IMG/VR virus record: IMGVR_UViG_3300030385_002649
Span: 124,001 to 188,000 of that record
Strand: one strand, 5' to 3'
DNA: 64,000 nt
Shown here: positions 19,527-29,542 of the stretch, one piece after another
Layout: each line of letters opens with the position of its first letter
Numbering within the stretch: position 1 is the first letter of the stretch
Notes under the pieces: model-generated
The model's input: only the letters and a program-made list of their open reading frames with translations
What the model was told of the DNA's origin: nothing
The model's database searches: none
Program-made: the position numbers and the translations under genes

Positions 19527-20576
19527 ATGGCTAAACTATCAGTAAACGATCACTATAAAGAGTACAAAGGCGAAATCGAATTCGTCTATAAGGATAGAGC
19601 GGGCAACGTTGTCCGTCGCCATGTTGAACCCAACATCGTCAAAATCTATGCGAAAGAGACTCTTGCACACCGAATTAGTCACTCCAAAGTGTGGGACCCA
19701 AACGCTGATAGTGGAACAGGAGCATGGGTCGCCTCACCAGTCGACCCTAACGAAGACTTCGCTGTTAAGTATATCCTGTTTGGTGCGTCTTTTGATGATA
19801 ACGGAGTGCCCCTAGACACAGACGACGCTAGGTTCTATCAGATTGATCCGATCACCCAGATTCCAGTCCCATTAAGGTTGCAGCCTGGGGCCGATTATGA
19901 CGGTGGCCTCATCAACGCTGTGCCGTTAGCTGAACCTGATCGTCCATTGAAGAGGATTGAAAACATTGCCTTCGAAGCGACATATCAACCGGCTGGAACC
20001 CCTCAGCTTCAAGATGATGTCCGCCCCATGAACAATATTGTTCTGCTCGAAACCACTCTAAGGCAAGACGAGTACAACGGATTTGGCCTTTCAGGTACAA
20101 ATGGTGATTTCTTCACGATCTCTGAAGTAGCTCTTGTGGCCGGAAGAGAACTTGACGCGGTCGGAGCTTGCGAATGCGACCCGAAGAAATTGTTCCTAGA
20201 AGGTGACGACGGAGGGATCGCCCTTCCGGCCACTACCAATGGTACTGACACAATTACTCTCGATGCTACGACTGCCGATCTCGACCTTATCGAAGAAGGT
20301 GATAGCATTAAAATCGTCGCTCTAGGCGGCACAGCTGCTGGCGAGGACACTTTAGATCAGGTTAGTCCATTTTACCTAGTAGTTGGAAAAATCCCTGGTG
20401 GCCGAGACATACAACTCGACAGAGTCCCATCAGACTCGAACCAGACTCCGTTAAGCGGCCAAGTTGGTGTTTTCAAGAACACCATGAGAATTTTTTCCCA
20501 CAGAATTCTATCCACTCCCGTCAAGAAGACAAGTGATTTTGAGATTCTGGTTCGTTGGAGAATCATCTTTAACTAA
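19527..20576 (+). CDS. Probable baseplate/fibre-attachment structural protein
   Basis: KGEIEFV...NIV N-terminus and ISEVAL...FSHR...KKTSDFEILVRWRIIF C-terminus typical of phage tail/baseplate proteins. Confidence 0.6.
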   Translation: MAKLSVNDHYKEYKGEIEFVYKDRAGNVVRRHVEPNIVKIYAKETLAHRISHSKVWDPNADSGTGAWVASPVDPNEDFAVKYILFGASFDDNGVPLDTDDARFYQIDPITQIPVPLRLQPGADYDGGLINAVPLAEPDRPLKRIENIAFEATYQPAGTPQLQDDVRPMNNIVLLETTLRQDEYNGFGLSGTNGDFFTISEVALVAGRELDAVGACECDPKKLFLEGDDGGIALPATTNGTDTITLDATTADLDLIEEGDSIKIVALGGTAAGEDTLDQVSPFYLVVGKIPGGRDIQLDRVPSDSNQTPLSGQVGVFKNTMRIFSHRILSTPVKKTSDFEILVRWRIIFN

Positions 20577-20645
20577 TGGTTTTTAACGCGCGTTCGGATC
20601 TCATAACCAAAAATATGAAGGTAAATACCATCGAAAGGGCAGACT

Positions 20646-22379
20646 ATGCCAGTCATTAATCCTGATCTAGTGCCCTGCATTGCTCCTGGATCACTCTTTA
20701 GCCGCTTTACTGACGACCAATCGATCAACATTCGGTGGTTCGTACCAGTAGATCCTGTAGTTTGGTCGGTCATGAACCGCCCGATTGCCGACGTCGGACT
20801 AAGGCAATTAATCCTCGCAAAAACACTTGACAACCTGACGCTAAGGTTAGGGCACCAGGCTCTATTCCCATTTATAGTGCAGCCACAGGTTAACAACGGT
20901 ACCCAAAACGTTGATATCCCACCGTCATGGATTTGGGATATGCAAGGATCGCTCCCAAAGAAATGGGAAAGACTAAGACTCGCTAGAGTTAAAAGAATTA
21001 GCGGTAGAAACGCCGACACTTCAGACCCTTCTTACACAGGAATCCTAAGACTCGTATTTACAGCACAAGAAGAAGGCTCCTCATCGGAAGTATCCATTTT
21101 CCAAATTGATTATCAAATCGATAGTACACTAACTTTCCAAGAAGGAAAACGCCTACAGGTTCCAACGTCTAACTACGAATCCTTGCCATTAAACCCAAGC
21201 GAAGTTGAAACAGTAGGCGGTTTTGCCACTTTCCTAACCCTCGACACAAGCGATGTGGGTGTCCAAGCGTTCCTTTCGGTCGCCGCACCACCAGATAACG
21301 CTACCGAAGTTGATTCTAGTGGTTATTTCCTAAATCCAACGATTGTAGAAGTTAACGACTCGCTCCCAGGCGGATCCGGAATTACTGGCGACTTCAATTT
21401 CTCGGCTGTATCGCACGGAACTGGCGTTCTAACACTTAGCGCTTATAACCCAATCCCATCTGCGGATTCAACAGTCACTACTTGGCTGAACACTTTCAAC
21501 TACCCGTACGATTCTAAGGCTTCCTTGCAAGCTTCTAATAGTGTAGGGGTCACGATTCCAAAGGGATTATTCAGAGAATTCGACTTGGCAGCCCCAAGCA
21601 GCGATGAAGCCACCGGAGACGTTTCCGGCAATTTCTTCCCATCTTACGTTAGCAGAATTGAAAGAGTGGACGTCGGATCAGACACGTTAAGATTCTACTT
21701 TGCAACGTTCAACGTAGAAGCCGCAAGCATCGTTCCTGTAGAATTCGCAAGCCTCGACTTGGCTAGAACCGATGTAGCAGATACAATTCTGTCAATCGTA
21801 CCAACAGACAATCTTTTCCCAACCAAAACCGGAAACGCCCTTTGGGAACAAGGATTCGGCAAGGGTCACGTTGTGTTGTCTGATTTGTGGACCGGAACCT
21901 CAGACGTTATCGAAACATTCTTCGATTCATTCGTTCCAATTATCGATAGCCCAGCTCAAGCGGTCTTCACCAAAGAAGCTACCAGGTTGTCATCCTTCGG
22001 GCTGAGCAGAATTCCAGAATACACACCAACTGCCGGACAATCTGCGGCCCTTCGTGGAAGCAGAGACGGCACAACTGACGGCGATCCTTCTTCAGCTAAC
22101 AGATATGTTGTAGAAGCCGACCAAGGTTTGGGCGACCAAATTGATCTCGTCGCCTCTATCAGTGAAAACCCTGACATCGAGAGATTCGGATTTACCGGTT
22201 CTCTAACACACAAGCTGGTCAAACTAGTCGTCAACTCTTCTGGAACCGATCATGGTTACGAAGACGACATCCTCCCACGATTAAGGCTCCTCCTAGGAAG
22301 AGACCCAGTCTTTGGAGACGAATGGTGGGACGGAACCCGCTTTAAGAAGTTCGACGGAGACAAGTGGATCGCTCCGTGA
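20646..22379 (+). CDS. Probable virion structural protein
   Basis: 577 aa, acidic S/T/G-rich, ends WWDGTRFKKFDGDKW; CAAAAATA upstream. Confidence 0.55.
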   Translation: MPVINPDLVPCIAPGSLFSRFTDDQSINIRWFVPVDPVVWSVMNRPIADVGLRQLILAKTLDNLTLRLGHQALFPFIVQPQVNNGTQNVDIPPSWIWDMQGSLPKKWERLRLARVKRISGRNADTSDPSYTGILRLVFTAQEEGSSSEVSIFQIDYQIDSTLTFQEGKRLQVPTSNYESLPLNPSEVETVGGFATFLTLDTSDVGVQAFLSVAAPPDNATEVDSSGYFLNPTIVEVNDSLPGGSGITGDFNFSAVSHGTGVLTLSAYNPIPSADSTVTTWLNTFNYPYDSKASLQASNSVGVTIPKGLFREFDLAAPSSDEATGDVSGNFFPSYVSRIERVDVGSDTLRFYFATFNVEAASIVPVEFASLDLARTDVADTILSIVPTDNLFPTKTGNALWEQGFGKGHVVLSDLWTGTSDVIETFFDSFVPIIDSPAQAVFTKEATRLSSFGLSRIPEYTPTAGQSAALRGSRDGTTDGDPSSANRYVVEADQGLGDQIDLVASISENPDIERFGFTGSLTHKLVKLVVNSSGTDHGYEDDILPRLRLLLGRDPVFGDEWWDGTRFKKFDGDKWIAP

Positions 22380-22382
22380 TCC

Positions 22383-22502
22383 TCAGCTAGCTCCAATGTA
22401 GTAACCTACAAAAGCTGCCAAGAAAATCAAACTAACTACAATCGCTGCCGCACAACAAGCGGCTGTTTGTAGTATAGAATATACTTCATCAGCGTCAAAC
22501 AT
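22383..22502 (-). CDS. Small single-pass membrane peptide (39 aa)
   Basis: MFDADEVYSILQTAACCAAAIVVSLIFLAAFVGYYIGAS; overlaps the GIY-YIG stop. Confidence 0.45.
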   Translation of the reverse strand: MFDADEVYSILQTAACCAAAIVVSLIFLAAFVGYYIGAS

Positions 22503-22785
22503 CGATATATTTCTCCTCAAAGAGTGTTACGTCATTGCCGTTAAAGCGTTTAGCTCTGAATTTCTTAATCCGACGTTCTTCTCTTAACGCTTCACTTTGA
22601 GTTTCAATGGGGCCGACAATACGAACCAAGTTCCAAGGCCCGCGACCCCTAGTGTTCTTAGCCCCACCTTTAATCTCACCATTATGTTGGCGTAATCTAC
22701 GCTGAGCGTCTGTTGTAGCCCCGACATAAGTCCGACCAGTCACCGACCTAATGACATAAACGTACCAACAGTTTTTCTTAGGCAT
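22495..22785 (-). CDS. GIY-YIG nuclease (SLX1/YhbQ-like)
   Basis: WYVYVIRS, TYVGATTD..RRLRQHNGEIKGGAK.T..RGPW, EALREERRIK. Confidence 0.9.
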   Translation of the reverse strand: MPKKNCWYVYVIRSVTGRTYVGATTDAQRRLRQHNGEIKGGAKNTRGRGPWNLVRIVGPIETQSEALREERRIKKFRAKRFNGNDVTLFEEKYIDV

Positions 22786-22898
22786 TATTCATCCAGCGCG
22801 GTTTTGGGCTATGATGAAAAAGATTGCTAAAAATTTCGTCATGTTGTCTCCATCTTACTCAAATACAAGTCCAAAAATAATTTAAATACGAGAACACA

Positions 22899-24365
22899 AT
22901 GCCCAATTTGATAATAACCAGAACTAGAGCGACCGCACCAACAGTGTTTAGGTTGAACGGGGCCGCAATTGAAGAACTTGGTGCGGCAGGTTCTTTGGGG
23001 ACAGCCGGAGCCGTAATTGAAACCAGTGGAACCGCACAGGATCAATATCCAATAAATAGGTCTATCGTAGTCAGAGAGACAATTTACACTTTACAAAAGA
23101 AAACCAGCACCAATAGGCCAGCGATTTACAAGTTAGAAGCACCATATACAGACAACTGGTCAGAAATTGCCTCGCTAACATCAGCATCAACTCTGACTTA
23201 TCTGGCTACTGGGATTTATTCAACAATCATTGGAAACGTTCCATATATTTTTGGATTTTATTCAAGTTCAGGTGTCACTCTAGGAGGTTGGAGAATAAAT
23301 GTGCAAACCGAGGCATTAGAGTTATCAAGCACTTGGGTTACACAAACAGCACCAACGAGACTTTGCGACTGTATCATGTTCGACAATCTCTTATTCTCAA
23401 TGTCATACTCGCCAACAAGCAGAGTAAGCGCATACGACCCAACAGCCCTTAGCGGAACAGATATCATCAGCCCCGGTTTTACAGCCGAATCAGCGTCAAC
23501 AAAATTCGTAGAATGGGAAAACGAATTGTATGCTTGCGGATTAGTTAGCTCGGGCATCAGCCATTTAACACGTTATGAAGGAGGGGCTTTTGTTAGCGTA
23601 TTAAGCCTTGGCGCATCAGTGGGAGGTGCCAGCGATGATGCGAGATTCACAACTTGGGTAACGCCAGAGGATCCAAACACCAACGGGACAACAACCCTCT
23701 ACATTTTATTTTATTCATCAACTGACACTGCAACGTGGAAAGTGTGGAAATGTTCCAAAGAAACAACAGGGGGAATAACCGCAATAGACGTTTCTGACCC
23801 AGTGCTGCCAGCCGTGTTTAGAACACCAACTGTTCCAAACCTAAGAGGACGCTGGATGACATATAAGCAACAGCAAGCTGGTTTCGACCCAAGAATCTTA
23901 ATTTATCAAGCAACCGATGGAGACATTGGAGAAATCGTAAGAGAATACGAATTTATCGACGATATTACTGAGTTACAAGACAACGGTGTGGTCGGAGGAG
24001 ATGCATCATATGGATGGTCTGTAGACTCAACAGGCGGAGGAGACCGCGAAGTCACTATTGATCAACCAAGAATATCAATGGAAGGTATCCAAAGAGTGGA
24101 CGGGGCGATACAAATCTTATATCGCGCCTATGGAGGAGACATAACATCTCCATTATCTATAGAAGGTTACTGGTCTGATCTTGGGCACACACCTAAGAAC
24201 TTGATGACAATCTCCGGAGTGTCCGAGGGCACATTGGGCATGACTGGCGATGTCGTAGAAGACATCGTTGGCGATGGCACTTTAAATTCATTCAATTGGG
24301 ATTTCGCGGCAGACGGATTTATCATTGGGGAAGCGCCAACGGTTGTGCTGCGAATATTTGAATGA
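22899..24365 (+). CDS. Probable virion structural protein (beta-propeller-like)
   Basis: 488 aa, T/S/G/aromatic-rich beta pattern; CAAAAATA upstream. Confidence 0.5.
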   Translation: MPNLIITRTRATAPTVFRLNGAAIEELGAAGSLGTAGAVIETSGTAQDQYPINRSIVVRETIYTLQKKTSTNRPAIYKLEAPYTDNWSEIASLTSASTLTYLATGIYSTIIGNVPYIFGFYSSSGVTLGGWRINVQTEALELSSTWVTQTAPTRLCDCIMFDNLLFSMSYSPTSRVSAYDPTALSGTDIISPGFTAESASTKFVEWENELYACGLVSSGISHLTRYEGGAFVSVLSLGASVGGASDDARFTTWVTPEDPNTNGTTTLYILFYSSTDTATWKVWKCSKETTGGITAIDVSDPVLPAVFRTPTVPNLRGRWMTYKQQQAGFDPRILIYQATDGDIGEIVREYEFIDDITELQDNGVVGGDASYGWSVDSTGGGDREVTIDQPRISMEGIQRVDGAIQILYRAYGGDITSPLSIEGYWSDLGHTPKNLMTISGVSEGTLGMTGDVVEDIVGDGTLNSFNWDFAADGFIIGEAPTVVLRIFE

Positions 24366-25453
24366 GCACTATCGCCAATGAAAGCTTTAGTAGTGCACTC
24401 ACTCTTCCGATTGACTCACCGGTTAACGAAAGCTTTAGTAGTGCACTCACTCTTCCGATTGACTCACCGGCCAACGAAAGCTTTAGTTCTATAGCAACAT
24501 TTGTTGTCGAAGACGTAAATTCAAGTCGTCTAGAATTTACAACAACAGCTGCTTTCAATCTCAGTTCCACATACCCGGTCGCTTCAGGTTTAGACTTAAA
24601 TGTCACCGCCCAAGTTAACAAAACAGTTACGCTATCAGAGCCCGAAGGAATAGATTTCAGCGTTCTAGCTCAACTAAACATCACAAAGCTTCTGACGGCA
24701 GGAAATACATTAGAATTAGATAGCACGTCGTCCGAAGTGTCGACAAAGTCTATATCAGCCCAAAGCGACATGGACTTTGATGGAGTCTCAGTTAAAAACG
24801 TCACAGCATTTCCGATTACTGCAAGTCAGATTGATTTCGATAACGACGTTATTTCAGAAATTAAGAAGCTCATTTCTATACCAGATCTAGCTGCGTCCTT
24901 CGATCTTTCTGTAACTTCACAAATAAATATCGTAAAATTGCTGGCGGCAGAAACAACTATAGAATTTGATAATGATGGGGAAGTAACGGCCAGAGGGATT
25001 CAAGTTGTTTCAGAAAACACTATAGATCTGAGCGTCATAACAACCAATACTCCGCCTACAGAAGTGAACGCTTCAAGCGCTATCGAATTATCAAACCCCG
25101 TAGCCTCTGTGGTCGGACAGTACCACCCAGTGACGGCTCAAACAGATATCGACCTATTAAGCCGTTACCCAAACACAAAAATGGCCGACTCTAGTAACGG
25201 CTTCAACCTTAGGGACAGAATATTCGACCCTGTAAAGATAAAAGCGAAATCAGCTAACAAAAGCACCCTTATCAGGGTCAAGAATATTTCTTCTCAGTTA
25301 CTGAGAATAGGTCAAACAAACGGGCAATCTATTACCCTTGGGCCTAACAAGTTCATTGTGGTTCCTCAATCGTCCATCAGCAGTTCACAATTAAACAGGT
25401 TGATTAAACTTAAATTCATTGAAGTAATTGGCTCTAACATCAGGAATCTCTAA
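24362..25453 (+). CDS. Repetitive S/T-rich structural protein
   Basis: N-terminal NESFSSALTLPIDSP repeats followed by periodic ~25-30 aa beta repeats. Confidence 0.55.
   Translation: MSTIANESFSSALTLPIDSPVNESFSSALTLPIDSPANESFSSIATFVVEDVNSSRLEFTTTAAFNLSSTYPVASGLDLNVTAQVNKTVTLSEPEGIDFSVLAQLNITKLLTAGNTLELDSTSSEVSTKSISAQSDMDFDGVSVKNVTAFPITASQIDFDNDVISEIKKLISIPDLAASFDLSVTSQINIVKLLAAETTIEFDNDGEVTARGIQVVSENTIDLSVITTNTPPTEVNASSAIELSNPVASVVGQYHPVTAQTDIDLLSRYPNTKMADSSNGFNLRDRIFDPVKIKAKSANKSTLIRVKNISSQLLRIGQTNGQSITLGPNKFIVVPQSSISSSQLNRLIKLKFIEVIGSNIRNL
24374..24487 (+). repeat. 48-bp tandem repeat, ~2.3 copies, in frame
   Basis: gaaagctttagtagtgcactcactcttccgattgactcaccgg occurs twice identically, plus a partial third copy. 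Confidence 0.95.
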
Positions 25454-26343
25454 TGAAACACATACTAGCAATTTTTCTAGCTTTATTGCTAGTATGTCCC
25501 GTCTTCTCAGACGAAGTGACCGGTCATTCCTTTGTAAATCCAGACCATCTTAACCTCTATTCTATTGATCTGCCGATAATCAAGAGAGATGAAGATAACT
25601 TATTATCACAAGTCACTTTCAACAACAACGTCTGTGGTTCCGTAAAAGCAAAATACGTCGGATTTTATGGCATAATAACTGGAGAAGCCGAAAAAAGGTT
25701 GAAACGATACTCTAGGCGTCAAACTCGAATCATGTTCAACAACAGTAACATGAGTTTCGCCGAGGCCGGAGCTAGAATGGCCGCTCTGGGCCAAAAACAC
25801 AACCCGTACGGAGATTGGTGGGATCGTTCTTGGTTCCATAGCCTTCCGCCTGAAAAAGGAGGTGCCTCACTTAAACAGACAGAAGTTCAAATCGGACAAG
25901 AGTTCAACGCTCCCAATTGGCAGATCGTGAACTGGGGTAAGCACCAAATCGAAAGGCTAGGGGACGTCTGGCTTACTAATGATCAAGCATATGAAGGGAC
26001 TGAAGATGGAGACGTCCTCACAGTTCCTGGAGAACAGCCAATTCAGTCTAATGGGAAAAGATTAAACAAATACAATGGTCGCGACGAAGCTGACGTGGTC
26101 ATCGACCAAACTCCTTGGTTTCTAGGAGACTTTTATCATTTCAGATTTAAGCCTTCATTAAGAATCAGAGGTGGTCCAAACATCGACGATATGATTGATG
26201 AATTATCTCTCAGATTTGTCGTCGAACTTTACACATCAGACAAGCTAAGAAATCACTTCGGCAATGTTTCATTCTTTGCAAGATATAATATCCCAGACAA
26301 TGAATATCTTACAAGTATTACGTTCGATCTTGTGACCTGGTAA
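25453..26343 (+). CDS. Secreted/envelope protein with Sec signal peptide
   Basis: MKHILAIFLALLLVCPVFS signal; C-terminal amphipathic beta strands ending in W. Confidence 0.6.
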   Translation: MKHILAIFLALLLVCPVFSDEVTGHSFVNPDHLNLYSIDLPIIKRDEDNLLSQVTFNNNVCGSVKAKYVGFYGIITGEAEKRLKRYSRRQTRIMFNNSNMSFAEAGARMAALGQKHNPYGDWWDRSWFHSLPPEKGGASLKQTEVQIGQEFNAPNWQIVNWGKHQIERLGDVWLTNDQAYEGTEDGDVLTVPGEQPIQSNGKRLNKYNGRDEADVVIDQTPWFLGDFYHFRFKPSLRIRGGPNIDDMIDELSLRFVVELYTSDKLRNHFGNVSFFARYNIPDNEYLTSITFDLVTW

Positions 26344-26830
26344 TCGCCACTTTCAAAATTTCAGAGCACTTGTGTGCATAGCTAATCTTAGGATAAGGGT
26401 GTTTCGTCCTAACCCACTGATCTAAGACGCTTTGTCGGGGACCCGCAACATTAAGCACCCTAGCCTTAGTCTTCTCTAGCCATTTCGATATTTTTTCGAT
26501 GTTCTCCTCAAATCCGTCACATGCGTCGATAACCTCATAAGGGACGTCATGTCGCTGACAAAGCTTGATAGTTAAAGAAGTCCCACGAGAATAATGCATA
26601 GCGGGCTTAAAAATGAGCGTTGCATCGGAGTCTAAAATATTCTGTTCAGTTCGCATAGCGTACCCAGGAGCCGGATATTCCTTCAACTCATATAGTCCTG
26701 GAACGTGACCATCCTCAGCCGTGAAGTATTTAGGAGCCCAGCCACCAATTTTGAGCCCCAAGAAAATCCCTACATTTAAACCGACTCTATCAATGCCAGT
26801 CTGTCCACCTGAAATAATTTTAGTAATCAT
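26318..26830 (-). CDS. SLOG-superfamily protein (putative molybdenum carrier family)
   Basis: KIISGGQTGIDR.GL, GGWAPK...AEDG, Y..RTEQNILDSDATLIF, GT.LT, VLNVAGPR.S. Confidence 0.88.
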   Translation of the reverse strand: MITKIISGGQTGIDRVGLNVGIFLGLKIGGWAPKYFTAEDGHVPGLYELKEYPAPGYAMRTEQNILDSDATLIFKPAMHYSRGTSLTIKLCQRHDVPYEVIDACDGFEENIEKISKWLEKTKARVLNVAGPRQSVLDQWVRTKHPYPKISYAHKCSEILKVAITRSQDRT

Positions 26831-26857
26831 GATAAGCCTTATCTTTATAAAATACAG

Positions 26858-26886
26858 AAACGCCCCCGAGGGATTAGCTCGGGGGT
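26858..26886 (-). terminator. Rho-independent terminator after the TROVE gene
   Basis: CCCCCGAG-ctaatcc-CTCGGGGG stem followed by cgtttctgtatttt on the minus strand. Confidence 0.8.
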
Positions 26887-26894
26887 GATCTGAC

Positions 26895-28544
26895 TTACTG
26901 TTGGGTTTGCGTATAAATGCTGTTCATAGCGCCCGCGAAGCGCAGCAAGTTCGCGCTCCAGCCTCCAAAGATGAAGGTCTTGTCGTAGAACTCAGGAACA
27001 ATGGTGTCACGGTATCCCGCGATTTGTACCAAGTAAACCATGACGTTCGGGTTGACCTTAGTACGGTAGTCCGCGATCAACTTTGGAACATCGACATATG
27101 CCATAGCGTGGTTCTTCTTGTTCATATAGGCGTAGTTTCCTAGGCCATTCTTGTTATAACCGTATAGCCCGCCATGACCGGCTTGCATGTCAGAGTAAAC
27201 GAACACGTGGTCCCAATGCTCCTTCTGCTTGATAGCCTTGTCCCAGAATACCCAAACGCCGTTCTCTGTGCCATTCCCGATTGTCCGAGCAGCTATTTCC
27301 GCTTCCTTTAGCTGATCGAAGATAGAAGAACGCTTACGGATTCTGTTTTCCTTCAACTTGTCACCGAAGACACCAAGGTAGCCCTCATCTGCCCTCATTC
27401 CAGTAATTACACCAGTAAGGTTTCCGATTGTAGAGATTTTCATCTCGCCAAGTTCAGAAGTAGAAGTGCCCTGAGCCGAGGCGCTGTTGTCACACAACGA
27501 CATAACACGACCCTTAAAGCGAGGCAAGTTGCCGAGCGATACGATCATGCATTCTTCGATAGCGTCAAGCAACGACGGATCCGCCATGTCCTGAATAGCC
27601 TTATAAGCGCTGTAATACCTGAAAGGAAGTTGCCTACCCTTGTCAGCGCCCTTTACCAACTTATCCTTATAAGTGTCCACAGAAACTCCATGCTTGATGA
27701 AGTTACGAAGGTTCCTAAGTAGAGCCATGTGACCCATAACCTTAGCCGACTCTTCCCAGGACTTCTGGTTAGAACCCTTTTCAGAAGTGATAGACTCCCA
27801 GGTCTTGCCAGTTGACTTCAAGTTACCCTTCATCAACTTATCGATAGCCTCGCTCTTAGCGTGCACCAAGTTGATGACGTCTACAGTCTTAACACCACGG
27901 TTTTCCAGGCGATACTTACCAAGTTGATACTCATCGTATCCTTCCAAAGAGTCCTTAAGAGCACGCTTCAAACGAGTAGGAATTGGCTTCCCAAAAGCAG
28001 ACAACTGATAAGCTAGACAGGTTGCCGGTTCATCCGCACGACGGATGATCTTCTTAGCATAAGCACGGATAAGGTTTGTTCCCTTAGAACCAGCATGGTT
28101 AGCTGCTCTAACTAGGATGACCTGAGGAGTAGCGCGAATGTTATCGCTGTTACGCAACGACACTGCTACTTGAAGAGTACGCTCAACATCAGCGTCTAGT
28201 GCCGAATCGATTACGCCCTCCATCAACTCCTTAGAAGTCTTGCCACGCCACTCTGGGGGATCGAGAGCCGTAAGAGAGCTACGAATGTGCTTAGCCTCTG
28301 CCGCTGCCAACGAGCTGATGCTAGTGTACTTCTGTCCGAAAGCGCCCACACTAGCTGCGGCCGCACGCTTGTTTCTTTTCTCGTCAGTTTCATGATAAAA
28401 CTTCGGCTCACCGAAGAAACACGAAGCCGCAGCGATGTGCAGACGGAGAAATGGATCATTGATGTCGTAAGATGGAGCACCCATTTCGTTCATATGCGCT
28501 CGTGCGCGGACCTTAGGCAGGGTCTTAGTGTTGATCTTGCTCAT
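26895..28544 (-). CDS. TROVE-domain (Ro60/Rsr, TEP1-like subgroup) RNA-binding protein with vWA domain
   Basis: NEMGAPSY, FFGEPKFY, IRRADE, DEYQLGKY, TWE, MGHMALLRNLRN, QLPFRYYSAY; vWA MIDAS-like DNSASA...T...SDMQ; strong RBS. Confidence 0.9.
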   Translation of the reverse strand: MSKINTKTLPKVRARAHMNEMGAPSYDINDPFLRLHIAAASCFFGEPKFYHETDEKRNKRAAAASVGAFGQKYTSISSLAAAEAKHIRSSLTALDPPEWRGKTSKELMEGVIDSALDADVERTLQVAVSLRNSDNIRATPQVILVRAANHAGSKGTNLIRAYAKKIIRRADEPATCLAYQLSAFGKPIPTRLKRALKDSLEGYDEYQLGKYRLENRGVKTVDVINLVHAKSEAIDKLMKGNLKSTGKTWESITSEKGSNQKSWEESAKVMGHMALLRNLRNFIKHGVSVDTYKDKLVKGADKGRQLPFRYYSAYKAIQDMADPSLLDAIEECMIVSLGNLPRFKGRVMSLCDNSASAQGTSTSELGEMKISTIGNLTGVITGMRADEGYLGVFGDKLKENRIRKRSSIFDQLKEAEIAARTIGNGTENGVWVFWDKAIKQKEHWDHVFVYSDMQAGHGGLYGYNKNGLGNYAYMNKKNHAMAYVDVPKLIADYRTKVNPNVMVYLVQIAGYRDTIVPEFYDKTFIFGGWSANLLRFAGAMNSIYTQTQQ

Positions 28545-28554
28545 GATTTACTTC

Positions 28555-28652
28555 CTTTTCGGAGATAAGAGGCTCGGCCTCAATACCAAATAGACGGGAC
28601 AAGTCATTCAGCCTGTCGCGTTCGTCTCAGATACGGTCATCGCCGTTTCCGA
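28555..28652 (-). ncRNA. Candidate Y-RNA-like / Ro-binding structured RNA directly upstream of the TROVE gene
   Basis: Consecutive hairpins (ACGG-cgauga-CCGU; AGACG..GACAGG-cugaauga-CUUGUC..CGUCU; GAGGC-cga-GCCUC) and GACGAACG = GNCGAANG. Confidence 0.4.
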
Positions 28653-28681
28653 AGACAATTTTTTCAAAAATAACTGTAGGC

Positions 28682-29032
28682 GTGTTAAACATGGTATTAG
28701 CTAACCAAGACTTGAGTGTTCTCCAAATTCTGCTAGATGGCGGAGTCCCACTTCTATTGTTGATTGCACTGATCGTAGTAAGTAAATTATACTACGCAGA
28801 ACGCAATATTCGTACAGCAGAAATGGGAAATTACAGAGATGAAGTTAGCGCGCTAAAGACGGATTACTCCAATAAAGTTGAGTCACTGCTAAGAGAAAGA
28901 CTCGAATCGGAAACCGAAAATACAAAAGTTATTTTGCGGGCGACCGAAGCGATGAGTTCAGTTAATGGCACTCTAGAGCATACCAACACAACACTAAAAC
29001 GATTTATAGAGGCTACCGATGCAACATCCTGA
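28682..29032 (+). CDS. Holin-like single-TM protein with coiled coil
   Basis: GGVPLLLLIALIVVSKLYY TM followed by coiled coil; CAAAAATA upstream; start may be the ATG at 28691. Confidence 0.45.
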   Translation: MLNMVLANQDLSVLQILLDGGVPLLLLIALIVVSKLYYAERNIRTAEMGNYRDEVSALKTDYSNKVESLLRERLESETENTKVILRATEAMSSVNGTLEHTNTTLKRFIEATDATS

Positions 29033-29270
29033 TCTAGAACAGGCGCTCAAAGACTTAAAAAGTAAGAAGCGCGCCACTATAGTAGAATTCACCAGGAAAA
29101 CGATAGACGCAATCAACCTGAGTGAGGAAGCAACCCTCACTCATCTTAGCATAACAGACAGTAAATGCGACGCACTCTGTAGAACTAAGAAATTTGAAAA
29201 AAGCAGGATTTTAGATGAGGAAGTGCCTGTAGAAGCCTCCGTCGATTCTTCTGCAGAAGACGCGGCCTAG
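29019..29270 (+). CDS. Hypothetical protein
   Basis: 83-aa ORF overlapping the holin-like gene. Confidence 0.5.
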   Translation: MQHPDLEQALKDLKSKKRATIVEFTRKTIDAINLSEEATLTHLSITDSKCDALCRTKKFEKSRILDEEVPVEASVDSSAEDAA

Positions 29271-29331
29271 ACTTAATTCGCACCATTTTCGGCATTCTCA
29301 CACACGTAACGTTGCATCACCTGCATATAAT

Positions 29332-29478
29332 TCATCGTGTGATCGCAATCCCAGCGGCCCATTCTACCAGATTGATAAATCCAGTAAAAAGCAACGCTCC
29401 GCCGATTACCGCAGCGCCAACAAAAGCGATTTCAATAGCAAGATTCGCATAATAGTTCCTGTTATCAAGTTTCTTCAT
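29332..29478 (-). CDS. Small membrane protein (48 aa)
   Basis: MKKLDNRNYYANLAIEIAFVGAAVIGGALLFTGFINLVEWAAGIAITR. Confidence 0.45.
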   Translation of the reverse strand: MKKLDNRNYYANLAIEIAFVGAAVIGGALLFTGFINLVEWAAGIAITR

Positions 29479-29542
29479 GGTATCGTCCAAACAACAGTGG
29501 GAGCCCATTTATTTGCAATTTTCATATCAATTATATACATAC

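Noticed and set aside
24374-24487. Possible CRISPR array
   Set aside because: Repeats are directly adjacent with no unique spacers, in frame within a CDS, and no cas genes are present
28682-29270. Complete lysis cassette
   Set aside because: Only a holin-like TM protein; no endolysin or spanin recognised in the window
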